Below, one piece after another: positions 12,908 to 26,479 of a stretch of DNA of 64,000 bases (its first letter is position 1; each line of letters begins with the position of its first letter). Under the pieces are notes generated by a model. That model saw nothing but the letters and a program-made list of their open reading frames with translations. It did not search any database and was not told the origin of the DNA. This DNA is from Eledone cirrhosa (lineage: Eukaryota): positions 101,618,001-101,682,000 of the forward strand of contig OZ024741.1 in NCBI GenBank assembly GCA_964016885.1. Direction: 5' to 3'. A program made the translations under genes and the position numbers.

Positions 12908-13045
12908 TAGAGTTACGGCCCTTGCCATTCTGAGTTCAAATCCCGCCGAGGTTAACTTTGCCTTTCATCCTTACGGGGTCGATAAAATAAAGTACCAGTA
13001 ATGCACTGGATAATTGGTGGCCTTGTGCCAAAAGTAGAAACAATT
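12908..13045 (+). mobile_element. SINE (same family as 11760-11895)
   Basis: Near-identical core sequence to 11760-11895. Confidence 0.75.
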
Positions 13046-15343
13046 ATATTTGTAATGTTATTCTGAAAGAATTGCGAGCAATTTGTAATGTTTATATATA
13101 TTATTTAATAAAATTACTCTAAGTGTATCTCCCCCCCCCCCCCCCATAAAAAAAGATATAAAATATATAAAATCACCCTCAGATATTAAGAAAGACTTTT
13201 AAAATTACATACACATGTAATTTGTTTGTACTTTCGTTCTGTAAGCATTGTATTATTTACTTTTTACAAAAAATAATATCCGACAGATTGTATTATTATA
13301 TTTCTTTTTATACAACTGTGAATAAACATACTTTCACTTCTGACAGCTAATAGCATGGTAGTGCCGCAACTTGTTATACACATACAATCAACAAAACAAA
13401 TGGACAATGCAACAGGGAATTCTGCTACTGCTCTTTAAAAATATTTGAGACAAACCAAACCACGCACAGTATTACCATAGGTAATAGCGAGGCTGAGATG
13501 CTAGAACAGTCATGCACCCTCATTCATACTTCTGTAAGCAGAATCGCCAAAGTCGAGAAAACCTTGTTGTCGGAGGTTCGGCATCCGCGAAGATAATACT
13601 TTCATAGGTAGTTTATTTAAAGGGTTCTTAAATATAATTATGATTAGATGAAATTTAAATGTAAACATTTTACAATAAATAGCTTCGTATCATAAAACAA
13701 GGGATAGTGTCAAACACGCTGGTATTGAATTTATTTATTATTAATTTATCTTGCAGAGGATAGACATAGAGTTACCTCCTCTGATAGTTTATTGTTTAAT
13801 TCTGTGTTCATTTCCTGTCTTGGTTAAAGGATCGAATTGAGTATATTCGATTGGTGACTATGAGTATAAAGAAATAACTACAACATGATAGGGAAATGCA
13901 AACTAACATCTACTGTAAAATCTAGAAGTTCTCTTGAAGCATTATTGTCCACTCGGGCTTGTTCTGACTACTTGAATATATTATAACATTTTCTTCGTTG
14001 AGTGCATATTAATATGTAAGTATTATTAATATAAACATTTATATTTACAAGTATGTCAATTTACGCATATCTCTTTGTCTTGATAAAAGAAAACATTAAA
14101 GAAAATAAATTAGAAATTTTACAGCATTACTATAGTTTACTACCCCTCGCCTCGAATTTATTTCTTCAGAATTTTCTTAATAATGCATATATTTGACTGG
14201 CATTTTGCAGTGATGCGATTCGAAAGTGTAGATTACGATTGTGTTGATGAAATAGAGAAAATAATTTTTTTCACAACTCATAATTGTAAAAATAATATTG
14301 CGTTCTTGTATTGAATCTGACATTATCCTGAACCGTTAATACGAAATTGAAAGAATAATTTCCGTGCTTACGTTTAGCCTACTTTGAACAGAAAACGAAA
14401 GTGCTAAGTAAATGAAAGCATCAACAAACGGATTATATAGAATAAGGAAAGTATTTTTAAAATGAATTATGAAGGCAGTCGTAATTTACATTATGGAAAG
14501 TGTATCTCTGCAAAATTTAATTGAAAAATATTCATTATCAAGAAAGTTATGAGGAAATAAAGTCAATGTGGGTACTAAACTAAAAGACTCATATGTAACA
14601 TAAGTTTAAAATCTTGGATTTACTGAGATTACTTCTTGTTCTTAATACTTTCAGTCTCGTTTTCCTTTCAAAACTCCATTCCTGTTTTCGTTATGCCCCA
14701 CAGTTCAATATCGAGAGAAAGATTTTCTATTTCTTAACGTCTGTTTACACACCATTTTACATTTATTTCTACCATGTAAACTTGACAATCTTCTGTTGTA
14801 CTTCTGTAATTCGAAGTACACCTTTTTATTCTGTTAGCCCATTTATAGTCAATCTTTTGTAGCTTAGTGTTTTCTTTCACCAAATTTTGCAGGAAAAAAA
14901 AAAAAAAAAAAAAATTTTAAACACCCACATTGCGGTCATATTCTTTTATGATTATTCATTTCCATGTATTAAAATCGATAATAATTGATAAAATCAAAAT
15001 CTTCTATTTAATTACAAAATATCAATAATTTATGATGATGATATGTCGGAGTAGTATTTATAAAAGAGTAAAAAAAAAAGATATTGAAAGGCAATAAAAC
15101 TAATATATCTACTGCTTTAATATTAATAAAAATGTTATATTTACTAATTTATATCTGAAAGTTATAAATTGTGAACATTGATACTGGGTACATAACCAGT
15201 CTTGTTTCTATTCAATGATAAAACTCTATGTCCTACTGATATTCTAATCCCAACAAAAAATTTATTGAAAATTTCTCTAAATTATCCTGGAAATATCACG
15301 CCCCTTGACCCTGCTTTCGAATGACCTCATAATATCCCCAAGG

Positions 15344-15529
15344 CAAACCCGTAGCCAGGTTTTCTGCCAGGTAATGCCATTCGAATATATGTTAAAACAT
15401 GGGGATGCCAAAACAAAATAAAGAAATATTGTTTAGTAAAATATATATATTATTCTTGTTTGATGGGGATGCCAAAACTAAATTTGCTTTTGATAGGGGA
15501 TGCCGAGCATCCCCTTGGCTACGGGCCTG
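15344..15529. mobile_element. hAT-type MITE with perfect 8-bp TSD
   Basis: ccccaagg|caaacccgtagcca ... tggctacgggcctg|ccccaagg; the paralogous site at ~36565 is empty. Confidence 0.85.
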
Positions 15530-16169
15530 CCCCAAGGGGTGCTACTGTCCAGGTTAAGGAGCACTGTGCAAGGCATCTGTATAAATTCTTGATTCTAGCT
15601 TATGGCAACTGAACAGATTTAAACAATTAAGACAACATATGTGTAATCAACGTGTGTCTCTGTGTGTAAAAGCCTGTATGTGTATACCACAACCCATGCT
15701 AGCGTGGAAATTTGACGTTAAACGTAATCATACAAGTCTGTATGTATATATATGTAATCATATATATGTGTGTGTGTGTGTATGTAATCATTTTAAAATC
15801 CGCCTTTCATGTTTCTATGGATTGGATCTGTCATCTCCAATACAACTTTCCTTCGCTTGTTGCATTCTTTCATTGTTGCCTGTGAGATAAACTCTCACCA
15901 CTTCTGCCCAGTTTTGCTTTCAATTCATCTGTACTCAGTTATTCGTGGACACTAACGTTGCACATCCTCTGCATTCAAGTCTCATGTCTCGATACAATGC
16001 AATATCACACTTCGTATGCAGACATACTATAACCTTTTTGATACCAAATCATCTGAAACTGCCCTTGGATCTATGATACTTGACTATTTTAAAATGTATA
16101 TATTTATCTAAAAACCTTCTATCATAATTTGATGTTAGAACCTTTGTTGTTATACTCTAAATAACTATG

Positions 16170-17330
16170 GGGGCTCCATAGAAGTTGTTGACTTAGGCGA
16201 TCAAATTAACAGTGAAAGCTGAGATAAGAACAGGTTGGAAGAAGTTTAGAGATCTAATACTACTGCTAACAATAAAATACTTTTCTATTAGAGTGAAGGG
16301 TAGACTGTATGATGCCTGTGTGTGAACTGTAATGTTACATGGCAGTGAAACATGTGCCTTGACTGCAGAAGACTTGCAGAGGCTAGAAAGAAATGAGTCG
16401 AGTATGCTCTGATGGATGGGCAATGTTAGTGTGCATAAGCAACATAGTAGAAGCAAACAGAGAAAAACTTGGCATAAGAGGAATTGGATGTAGTGTGCAA
16501 GAGAGAAGACTGCATCAATTTGGACATGTGATGTGCATGGAAAATAACAGCGGCATAAAGAAATGCAGAGAAACCCCAGTTGCTGGGACCCATGAAAGAG
16601 GTAGACCTAGGAAGACATAGGATGAAGTTGTGAAGGCTGACTTTATGAAACTAAAGCTCACAACAGAAATAACTAACGATCGTGAGGACTGGTGCTAGAG
16701 AAGACCCAAACTGCAACATACAATTTGGTCTGATGCCCGAACTTCCACCACAGCTCACCAACAGCTATTCCCGACATCATGCACTCCTAGCTTCTGTCAC
16801 CTTGTGAAGTAGTTGGTGATGGGAAGGGCATCCAGCAGTGCAGGGCCCACCAAACAAAGGGTTGGGAGGACCCTTCAATTATGCCAAGGCATGATAGCCT
16901 CCCCAGTGTTTGATCTATACAATATATGCACCCAATACATGTTGTAAAATGGTTGGTGATGGGAAGGGCATCCATTCATAGAAAGCTTGCCAAACAAAGG
17001 ATCGGGAGGACCTTTCAGTCATGTCCTTGACATGACTGCCTTCTTAGTGTTTGTCATCTACATGATAAATGCACTCAGTACATGCTGTAAAGTGGTTGGT
17101 CATAGGAAGGGCTTCCAGCTGTAGAAAGCTTGCCAAACAGAGTTGGGAGGACTCTCGGTTGTATCAAAGACATGACAACTTCCCTTCTGCACGACCATAC
17201 ATAAGCGAGATGACCAGATCCCTGGCTTGTCTGGAGATCAGTCGCCATCGCTTCAGTACTGACTTGGTCTATGTAGACCCATCCAACCCTTGCTAGCAGG
17301 AAAAATAGATGTTAAACGATGATGATGATA
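16170..17330 (+). mobile_element. Decayed RTE 3' end with tandemly repeated 3' UTR (~140-bp units, 16800-17150)
   Basis: RTGWKKFR...LHGSET...RGRPRKT remnants; three repeats of ggttggtgatgggaagggcatcca...gccaaaca; (gat)n tail at ~17318-17328. Confidence 0.8.
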
Positions 17331-17499
17331 GCAGAAAATACACTCAGTTACATAAAACAAACTTGCTGGCAGTTCAGTTTCAGACAATGCTGCTGCTGAT
17401 GATGATATGAATTTAATGATAAGCTTATTTCACTATATCCCTCAAAATTCTTGAAAATCATAGGCAGTGTATTTCATTAAAAATATGGTAATGAAAGAT

Positions 17500-18700
17500 A
17501 ATCAAAGAGAGTGTCCCTTTGTTGCCAGCAAAGGTTCCTTGAACTTTTTTCAACCCTGTTCTTATACTGGCTTTTATAGTAACATTTCCATGTTTATGTT
17601 TTCTGAGTGCACCAACGTCACTTGGAACACATTTTTCCCAATGTCTTAAATCATACTGACACTGCTTCATGATCTAAAATACCTCACACCTCTATTCATT
17701 TCATCATAGAGCATACTTGTGCTTTTAGCTACTTTCCATGTTATGTAAATCTGACCTCCAACTTCGCTTTTAGCTATTTGATATTGTACTTCACTGCTCC
17801 TATTCGTCTAGTTTTCCAGGCCTGTGTTTTAGCAATAATGACTCTATCTGCAGTACTATTCCACCATTATGTCATTTTTCAACTGGCTGGAAGCTTGCTC
17901 CAACCACAGTTGGAATGAATGGCCCACAACAGCTTGTCACAGAAACTTCCAATTGTTTTCTATATCATAGGTATCTAAGTCCTCTTCATTTTTGTTGTGT
18001 CACATAGAACCTTTCTGAGCCTATATTTAACGGAAAGAGCCTTTGGTTTCTACCTCTCCCTTCTCCAGAGTAACCTGTGTCTGTGAGTCTGTTTACTTCT
18101 CATCTTAATGTTGCTAATAACTAGTCTATGTTATGTGTTACGTACTTCACCAGGAAAAGACTAAGTATTAACAATCATCTGTCTATCCTATTTTCTAATG
18201 AGGAGAAAGTCAATTTTGTTTGTGTGATCGCCTGATTAAAAGGTGATCATATGGCTTGTCAGTTTCCTGAAGTTAGTGTTGCAGATCGTTATGTCATTTA
18301 TATGATAGAACTCTAGGAGCCTTGATCCCTCTTCAATTCTTGAGCTGTATCTACAGTCACCATGTACTTCAGAGTAACCATCCTGGTACTTACCAACATG
18401 TTCATTAAAGTCTTTTTCATTTGTTATTGAGGCAGCCTCCAAAAGGTCCTCATAGACGTGGTCCATTTCTTTTTGAGTTAGCTTTGATTGTTGTGCATAA
18501 GTGGAAATAACTTGTTGCATAGCCCCAGTAACTTTATTTATCCACTTTTCAGCTAACACAATACCTACTCGACCTAGACAGAAGAGTGAAAAGTCTAATT
18601 GAGGTTCTCCTCCATCTCACTGCTTGCACATTTACTTGTGTCCACTCCAGTCCCTTCACAAGTTTACCAATTCTACCCTTTTCTGTGCCAACATTGATTG
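17500..18700 (-). mobile_element. Decayed RTE endonuclease region
   Basis: ORF 18236-18559 LAEKWINKV...VISTYAQQS...EEGSRLLEF...ICNTNFRK aligns by eye with 55780-56580. Confidence 0.75.
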
Positions 18701-19078
18701 AAATATGTTACCTTACAGTAAGGGGTATTCACTGTTGGCCTCTGCTTTCTGTATCCGAAAGAAAGTATGTGATTTTTTTATGACAGTCAAAAGGTTTTTG
18801 TACATGATGTATTTTTACCTAGCCACCTAACTACCCATTAGTTTGGCTAGTACTAAACCTGAATGTTTTACATTTTAACTGTACTTAACATAGTTTTGAC
18901 ATGGTATTACTGGCTAGATGTCTTTCTTACCAGCAACCACTGGGTTCATAAATGTCCCCTTAACACTGTATCAGTTATTGCTCCCCTAGAAGCATTGCCT
19001 TCACTCCACCTTATGGAGTTCATGACTCCTCCACACAAATTCTTCTCTTATTTCTAAATTTTATATATGAAATGTTCA

Positions 19079-19134
<56 letters not shown>

Positions 19135-19479
19135 ATCACCATCAACATTTTATGTCTGTTGTTCCACGCTTGCATGGTATGGATGGGGCCTTCTCAGTAC
19201 AGCAACTCCCCATTTGTGTGTTACCCATTATATTCTATTGAGATATGTACACAATCAATAAGCATATTATTAACTGCAGGTTGCTTGCTATTGATATAGA
19301 ATGACCAAACTGAAATCATCAATCAAATCAGAGGAATAATCTATTTATTATGAAACAAAGTTATGGAAAAGTAGACAGAGTTAATCGTTCAGGTAAAAGT
19401 TTATATCAACAATTTAACAGTAAAGAAGATATGTAATAATATGTCTGCTTTTGAATCTGTACTTTTTAAGTATCTTTTA

Positions 19480-19508
19480 TATTTTATACTGTTTCTCTAA
19501 TATTTCAG
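19480..19508 (+). promoter_or_regulatory. Candidate 3' splice acceptor of the ZNF coding exon (exon from 19509)
   Basis: ttttatactgtttctctaatatttcag|aa; identical in the paralog (minus-strand AG at 34474-34473). Confidence 0.55.
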
Positions 19509-19873
19509 AATATCAGATGACATTGGAATAAAGGAATATTTTTTTTTACATCAGAATCATCTTTTAAAGACTAAAGGAGGATGTTATATAGAAGAGATAT
19601 AACTTTGTTTATATAAATGTTTGGTAGAATTACTGGAAAATATTAACAATGAGCTGAGATTAATAGTGGTCCTACTTCACTGTCTGGAATGTTTAGGAGA
19701 TGATTTTTATTCTAAATAAAAAGAGTTTATAAAAGAGTTTACAGCATTTGCTAATATCAACAAAGGTCACAGTTCATAGAAAATTAGCAAACAAAATATT
19801 CATTAGGAGTAAAATACAAAAAATAAAAGGAAAAAAGAAATATATCTGTATATTCTGGTGAGACAAAAAAATT

Positions 19874-21325
19874 ATGGAAAACGAATTATGTGAGGATAAG
19901 GTTAAATATGAAACAGAGTCTAAAAACAATGATTTTCCTGAAAATGTAAAGGAAGAGAAAGAAAAAACATTACACCATTGTGATATATGTAAAAAATCAT
20001 TCTCTCAAAAAAGTAACCTCACTGCTCACAAGCGTATTCATACAGGAGAAAGACCATATCACTGTGATATATGTAGTAAATCATTCATTCTAAATAGTCA
20101 CTTAACTAAACACAAATGTATTCATACTCGTGAGAAATCATATCACTGTGATATCTGTGATCAGTTATTCTCTGAAAGTAGTGAATTAACAAAACATAAA
20201 TATATTCATACAGGTGAGAAACCATATCACTGTAACATCTGTGGTAAATCATTCTCTAAAAGTAAGTATGTAAGTAGACACAAACGCATTCATAGTGAAG
20301 AGAAACCATACCGATGTGATGTCTGTGGTAAATCATATTCTGAAAGGTGTGATTTAGCTAGACACATACAAAGTCATACAGGAGAGAGGCCATATCTTTG
20401 TGACATCTGTGGCAAATCATTCAGTAGAAGTTGTGATGTAATTATTCACAAACGTATTCATACAGGAGAAAAACCATATCAGTGTGATATTTGTGGTAAA
20501 TCATTTACAGGAAAAAGTGGTCTAACTATTCATAAGCGCATTCATACAGGTGAGAAACCATATCACTGTGATATTTGTGGTAAATCATTCGTTGGAAGTG
20601 GTCAAGTAACTGATCACAAGCGTGTTCATACAGGAGAAAGACCATATCCCTGTGATATATGTGGTAAATCATTCACTCACAGTAGTGCTGTAACAGCTCA
20701 CAAACGTATTCATACTGGCGAGAAACCATATCAATGTGATATCTGTGATAAATCATTCTTGCGAAGTTATCGCTTAACTCTTCACAGACGTCATCACACA
20801 GGAGAAAAGCCATATCAATGTGGTATATGTGGTAAATCATTCCCTGAAAGTTATAAATTAACTATTCATGAACGTGTTCACACAGGAGAAAAACCATATC
20901 CCTGTGATATATGTGGTAAATCATTCTCTGAAAGTCGTAATTTAACCAAACACAAACGTCTTCATACAGGAGAGAAACCATATCACTGTGATACCTGTGG
21001 TAGGTCATTTTATGATAAAACTCACTTAAATAGACACAGACTTATTCATACAGGTGAGAAGAGATTTCTCTGTGATATCTGTGGTAAATCATTCTCTGAA
21101 AGTAGTCCATTCACTGTTCACAAACGTGTTCATACAGGAGAGAAACCATTTCACTGTGATATTTGTGGCAAATCATTCTCTGAAAGTGGTGAAGTCAATA
21201 TCCACAAACGGAATCATACAGGTGAGAAACCATATCACTGTGATATCTGTGATAAATCATACTCTCGGAGTAGTACATTGAATATGCATATACGGCGTAT
21301 TCATAGAGGTGAGAAGGAGACATAG
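19874..21325 (+). CDS. Tandem C2H2 zinc-finger protein, 483 aa, 16 fingers, 33-aa acidic leader, no KRAB/BTB recognisable
   Basis: Intact ATG-to-stop ORF; 16 C2H2 repeats with TGEKP-type linkers. Confidence 0.95.
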   Translation: MENELCEDKVKYETESKNNDFPENVKEEKEKTLHHCDICKKSFSQKSNLTAHKRIHTGERPYHCDICSKSFILNSHLTKHKCIHTREKSYHCDICDQLFSESSELTKHKYIHTGEKPYHCNICGKSFSKSKYVSRHKRIHSEEKPYRCDVCGKSYSERCDLARHIQSHTGERPYLCDICGKSFSRSCDVIIHKRIHTGEKPYQCDICGKSFTGKSGLTIHKRIHTGEKPYHCDICGKSFVGSGQVTDHKRVHTGERPYPCDICGKSFTHSSAVTAHKRIHTGEKPYQCDICDKSFLRSYRLTLHRRHHTGEKPYQCGICGKSFPESYKLTIHERVHTGEKPYPCDICGKSFSESRNLTKHKRLHTGEKPYHCDTCGRSFYDKTHLNRHRLIHTGEKRFLCDICGKSFSESSPFTVHKRVHTGEKPFHCDICGKSFSESGEVNIHKRNHTGEKPYHCDICDKSYSRSSTLNMHIRRIHRGEKET

Positions 21326-21639
21326 ACACATCAACTCTCCTTCCCTTGATACAGCAGAACATCCATGATGTGACATCTGGAAGGAGAGAGGGTTCCACCA
21401 ATACAGGGCTGGTACTTTTATTATTGATTTTGAAAGGATGAAAAGTAAAGTGAACCGTAGCAGGATTTGTACTTGGTGCTGAGCACACAACTGGAATAAA
21501 TATTTAGCATTCATAAATTTTTGTTGATTAAAATCATTTTTTCCTTTTTCTTGTTTGTATATCTATCATCTCTCATAACTTCCTTATCCAGCTGGGTTCA
21601 GAAGGAATCATCATTCATTATCATCATTATAAAGATGCA

Positions 21640-21883
21640 GAGCACTCAAAGTTGACAGTAGCCATGGAGTGGGTAGGCCTAGGAAGACTTAGTATGAGGT
21701 AATAAAAGCTGATTTGGGACAATTACACCTCACTAAAGTGATGACACAGGACTGTGAACTCTAGTGCTATGAAGTATTACAGAAGACCTGCCCTCCCATA
21801 TGCTCGGGCTGAGGCATATATCTAGTAGGTAATACCTTCCCGTACTATCTCCCCTCCCTCGCTGTAATCATCCCACCCGTATA
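21640..21883 (+). mobile_element. Older RTE 3' fragment (continues at 24841-25275 after the nested insertion)
   Basis: ggtaggcctaggaagac (GRPRKT) and agaagacc C-terminal remnants. Confidence 0.6.
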
Positions 21884-24840
21884 CATCATCATCATCGTTT
21901 AACGTCCGTGTTCCATGCTTGCATGGGTTTGGACGGGAGTTTTCCCACTTGAGGCAAGAGTGCTTGTCTTGCTCGCATAGGACTGTCTGGCGGGTTTTCT
22001 ACAGTTGGATGCCCTTCCTAACACCAACCACATTTACAGTGTGGGGCTGGGAGGTTTTTACCGTGTTGCCTACATGGCCACATTACAGCGTGGACTGTCT
22101 GGCAGGTTTTCTACAGCTGGATGCCCTTCCTAACACCAACCACATTTACAGTGTGGGACTGGGACGTTTTTACCGTGTTGCCTACACGGTCACATTACAG
22201 CGTGGACTGTGTGTTTTTTTTTCGTGACACCTACACGATCTCATTTGTTTCGGCCTGGATTTTGTGGCACCAACATAACTTTACATTGAAAGGGGCGGTG
22301 TGGATGGGGTGGGGGTGGTGGGATGGGGGTGTATTTTGTTAGAGATGCCTACTGACTGTAGTAGGTTTTACTTTGTATTTAGGTAACGCGGGTCTTCTCT
22401 GTTACTGGGTACCGCCAAAGGTCTCGGTTCAGTGACATTGTCTTGGAGAGGTGTAAGTGTGTGAGGTCGGAATTTATCAGCTCGTCCCAGGTTTTTCTGG
22501 GTCTGCCTACTCCGTGGCTACCATCTATCTTTATTGCCCTGCACTTTGTTATACAGCTGTCGTCTTTCATGCGCATCACGTGACCATACCAACGTAGCCT
22601 TCTCTCGAGTAAACAACATCTGATCCCTCTTATTTCTAATTTTTTCCTTAGTTCGTTTATGCTTTGCCGTTCGCGTATATTACTATTACACATCCAGCGG
22701 AGCATGCAAGCTTCGTTCCTCTCTAGTCTGCGTATATCCTCTGCACACAATGCCCAGGTCTCACTGCCATGCAACATTGCTATTCGTATGCAGGCATCAT
22801 ACAACCTGCCTTTCACTTTTAGGGAGAACCCTTTAGCGGCTAATAGTGGTATAAGCTCTCTGAACTTTTTCCATCCAGTTCTGACTCTAGCTACTGTACT
22901 TTCGGAGCACCCTCCCCCACTGCTGATTTTGTCACCCAGGTAACGGAAGCTGTCCACTATTTCTATAGAACCCTCTGCGCAGTTGAAAGAGCTAGTATTT
23001 TGTGGGCACTTGCTGCTACTTATTGCACCAGAGCACCGGCCACATGTAAAATCTGTGTTCTTAGTTAGCTTACCTGTGATCCCACTACATCTTTTATGCA
23101 CCCATACTTTGCATTTGGGACATAAAATGGAGTTTCTACCTACGCCTTTCCTACACACTGAGCATGGCCATTTCCCGGAAGAGACCGGGGCCTTATTTTC
23201 TTTCCTACAAACTAGAACTTTAGTCTTAGCCATGTTAATTTTAAGGCCTTTTGATTCTAGGCCGTGCTTCCATGTTTGGAATTTCTTCTCTAGCTCGGCC
23301 ATTGATTCAGCTATGAGCGTTAGGTCATCTGCGTATAGGAGTTCCCATGGGCAGCCGGTCTTGAACTCCTCTGTTATAGCCTGAAGAGCAATAATGAATA
23401 GTAGGGGGCTAAGAACAGAGCCCTGATGGACACCAACTTTTACGCTAAACTCTTCACTATATTCGTTGTTAATTCTAACCTTGCTCACTGTTTCTTTATA
23501 CATGGCTTGTATAGCTCTCACAAGCCATTCGTCAACACCTAGTTTTCTAAGAGCCCACCAGATAATGGAACGGGGGACTCTGTCGAAGGCTTTCTCCAAG
23601 TCGACAAAGGCTAAGTATAGGGGTTTACTTTTAGCTAGGTACTTCTCCTGTAGTTGTCGTACAATGAAAAGAGCGTCTGTGGTACTTTTGCCTGACAAAC
23701 CCGAACTGCATTTCATCTAGATCGATTCTCTCTCTGATTAGTTGCACTATTACTTTTTCCGTGACCTTCATGACCTGGTCGATTAATTTAATCCCTCTAT
23801 AGTTACTCCTATCTAGGGCGTCTCCTTTACCCTTGTAACAGTTAATGATGATGCTGCTACGCCAGTCCTTCGGAACAACCCCATTCTGTATGACTTGGTT
23901 TACTATCCGGGTGACCATGGTGTGTCCCACCGTTCCAGAGGCCTTCAGCATCTCAGCGACTATTTCCGAAGGCCCAGCCGCCTTACCCGTCTTCATATCT
24001 TTGATCGCCTTACTTATTATACTACCTTCAACTAACACTGCTGGTCCCTCTATTGGATCGATCTGGGGGAGACTATCCTTCTTCCATTTATTCTCCTCAT
24101 TTAGTAGCCTCTCGTAGTGACACTTCCAAGCGACCTTCTTATCAGCGTCAGTGATGGCGAGTACGCCATCATCATTTAGTACACACTTCTCCCCAACAAT
24201 ATCACGGTTTTCCTTGACACATTGCCTAGCAATCCTGAACACCTCACGTTTTTGGTCCTCGCGTTGTAGAACATGCTTGAACTTTCTTTCCTCTGCTTCC
24301 CTTCTTGCAAAGTACACTTGTCTCCTAGCTTCCCTCCTGGCCACTTGATAGTCTTCTCTACTTCCCCCATCCCGCCATATTTTCCAAGCCTGCTTTTTGG
24401 CCTTAATCGACTCCTCCACCTTACTGTTCCACCACCATGTTACTCTCCTCCTGCCTATAGGCCTGCTCCGGCCACAGACTTCGTCTGCCGCCATCAGCAG
24501 GTTTGCTTTCAGGAATTCCCACTGTCCCTCTATATTGTCCGACTCTAAATGCTCTTCCTTACTGTCGAAAGCGTCAAGTAATATGCTTTGAAATTTATTT
24601 CTGGCTGTGGGGTCCTTTAGCTTCCATATTTTTCTCCTGAGGATAGTCCTCTTCTGCTATCGAGTACGTCTCGTCCTGACTATGAGGTCGCTAATTATCA
24701 GTCTATGTTGGGAGGTGCATTCTTCATGGGGGAGGGATTTAGTGTTTACAACAGTCACTCTGTCACGTCTTCTGGTAAGGATATAATCTACCTGGCTGGT
24801 ATGTTCCCCTGATCTGTAGGTGATCAAGTGATTGTCTTGT
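21884..24840 (-). mobile_element. Young 5'-truncated RTE LINE with few lesions
   Basis: ORFs 23631-24494 and 22379-23716 (AFVDLEKAFDRVP, GVHQGSVLSP, YADD); (cat)n tail at 21884; probable TSD tacatc at 21882-21887 and 24841-24846. Confidence 0.95.
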
Positions 24841-25275
24841 TACATCCTCAATTTCATTGTCTCATACATCCTCAATTTCCCCAAGCATCATCGTTGCCCC
24901 ATCCAAGTACCCAACCCCCTCCATAAAGTTATCCTCCCTTGGAGCCATGACAAAAGAGTCCAGCCCACACTTTAAAGTGGTCATGTAGCTGTCACGACAA
25001 AAGCGTCCAGTCCACACTGTAAAGTGGTCATGTAGGTGTCATGACAAAAAGCACCCAGTTCAAACTGTAAAGTGGTTGTGTAGGTGTCATGACAAAAAAC
25101 ACCCTGCCCACACTGTAAATGTGGTTGGCATTAGGAAGGGCACCCAGCCGTAGAAACTAAGCCAAAATCAGTCCTTGTGTGAGCGAAACACAGTGCCCTG
25201 ACCTGATCTTTCACAAAGGGACAGCCTGTCGTACTCATGCTAGTGTGGAAAATGGATGTTGAACAATGATGATAA
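24841..25275 (+). mobile_element. RTE/SINE-type 3' UTR with four ~44-bp tandem units
   Basis: catgacaaaa...cacactgtaaagtggtcatgtaggtgt repeated four times; ends gctagtgtggaaaatggatgttgaacaatgatgat. Confidence 0.75.
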
Positions 25276-25631
25276 TTGCTGTAAATATTTGTTTCAGAGA
25301 TTTAGACCCATACAAAACTCTTCTCTTTCTCTATACATTATGTCATGTTGAACATAAATGGAATGTAAGCTGAAAATGCTAAGGACATCAAAGAATGAAA
25401 GGCAGCACAGATAAGATATATTGTAGAGCAAAATGTGAACAATATTGTTGAATGTACAGATCTAATATGTTTAATGTAGTAATGGAGATCTACCATTATA
25501 AAGACAATTTATATTGTTCACAACATATTGGTAAAAATCTTCTATATAGGGAGAATGCTAAACTGGACTATCAAAATCTGAATAAGCAGTGATAAACAAT
25601 GTCTTTTTGTAATGCCTTACATGAATATTAT

Positions 25632-25792
25632 ATTATCATCATCATCATCATTATTATTTTACAACCACTTTTCCCTGCTTGCAAGGGTTGGACAGGTCCT
25701 ATTCAGCACAGCATCTCTCCACTTGTCACGGTCCTTCGTCATCTCCTCGGTGAGTTTCAGCGATCTGAGGTCTGCTCTCACCACCTCCGCCC
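25632..25792 (-). mobile_element. Short RTE 3' end
   Basis: Reverse complement matches 3606-3760. Confidence 0.85.
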
Positions 25793-26479
25793 ATGAAAAT
25801 CTGAAAAGATTAGAGGCTCTCAGAGAATACCACAATGGCTGACCCTTGTTTTATAGAAATTTAAATCTCGGTTATTTATACATAAGTCTTATCTCTAGCC
25901 ATCACACCCCCTTAATATGTAATGTTTTTTTTTGTGAAGTGAGGTGTAATATTGCTGGAGATAATATAATATCCCTAATTTCCATAGCAAAACATAACCC
26001 ACTCTTGCATATGATCAATCACAAACAAAACATAGCTGTAATTTGAAACATCTATCAGTCATCACCTTTGGTGCTGTGCATAAATGTGAATAAAGAGTTT
26101 CAGTTATACATGTGTTATGAAAATTATTTCATACTTTGGAGTATTATTTTAATGATGGATTATGCCATTACATATTATCATGACTCATTATTCAAATTAC
26201 CTTAGCATATTTAACCATGCTGCTTGCTGCTTTGCATTGTACTGAATAGTTTGTATTTAGGTATTTGCTGTTATTTGAAGTAAATTAAAGCTATCTTCAT
26301 TCTACCTTAAATCTGTTTCATTTTAATTTATGTCAATGAACAAAATTCTAAAATCATATTTCAACACTAATAGCAGCAAAGGTAACATTGGTTTAAGAAT
26401 TTAACTAATTTCTCATCAACTATTGAAGACTAGGATGTCAACTGACTGAATGTACTAATCAATTAGTACATTAATCAAA

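Larger units (their letters stand above)
13750..21620 (+). repeat. Arm A of inverted segmental duplication (partner ~32280-39080), interrupted by arm-specific TE insertions
   Basis: Colinear reverse-complement blocks: 13750-14300~38500-39080, 14640-14880~37860-38080, 15040-15730~36370-37300, 19250-21620~32280-34760. Confidence 0.85.

Noticed and set aside
22659-24591. Plus-strand ORFs overlapping the RTE (likewise 53614-56485)
   Set aside because: Antisense shadows of the RTE reading frame with no recognisable domains.
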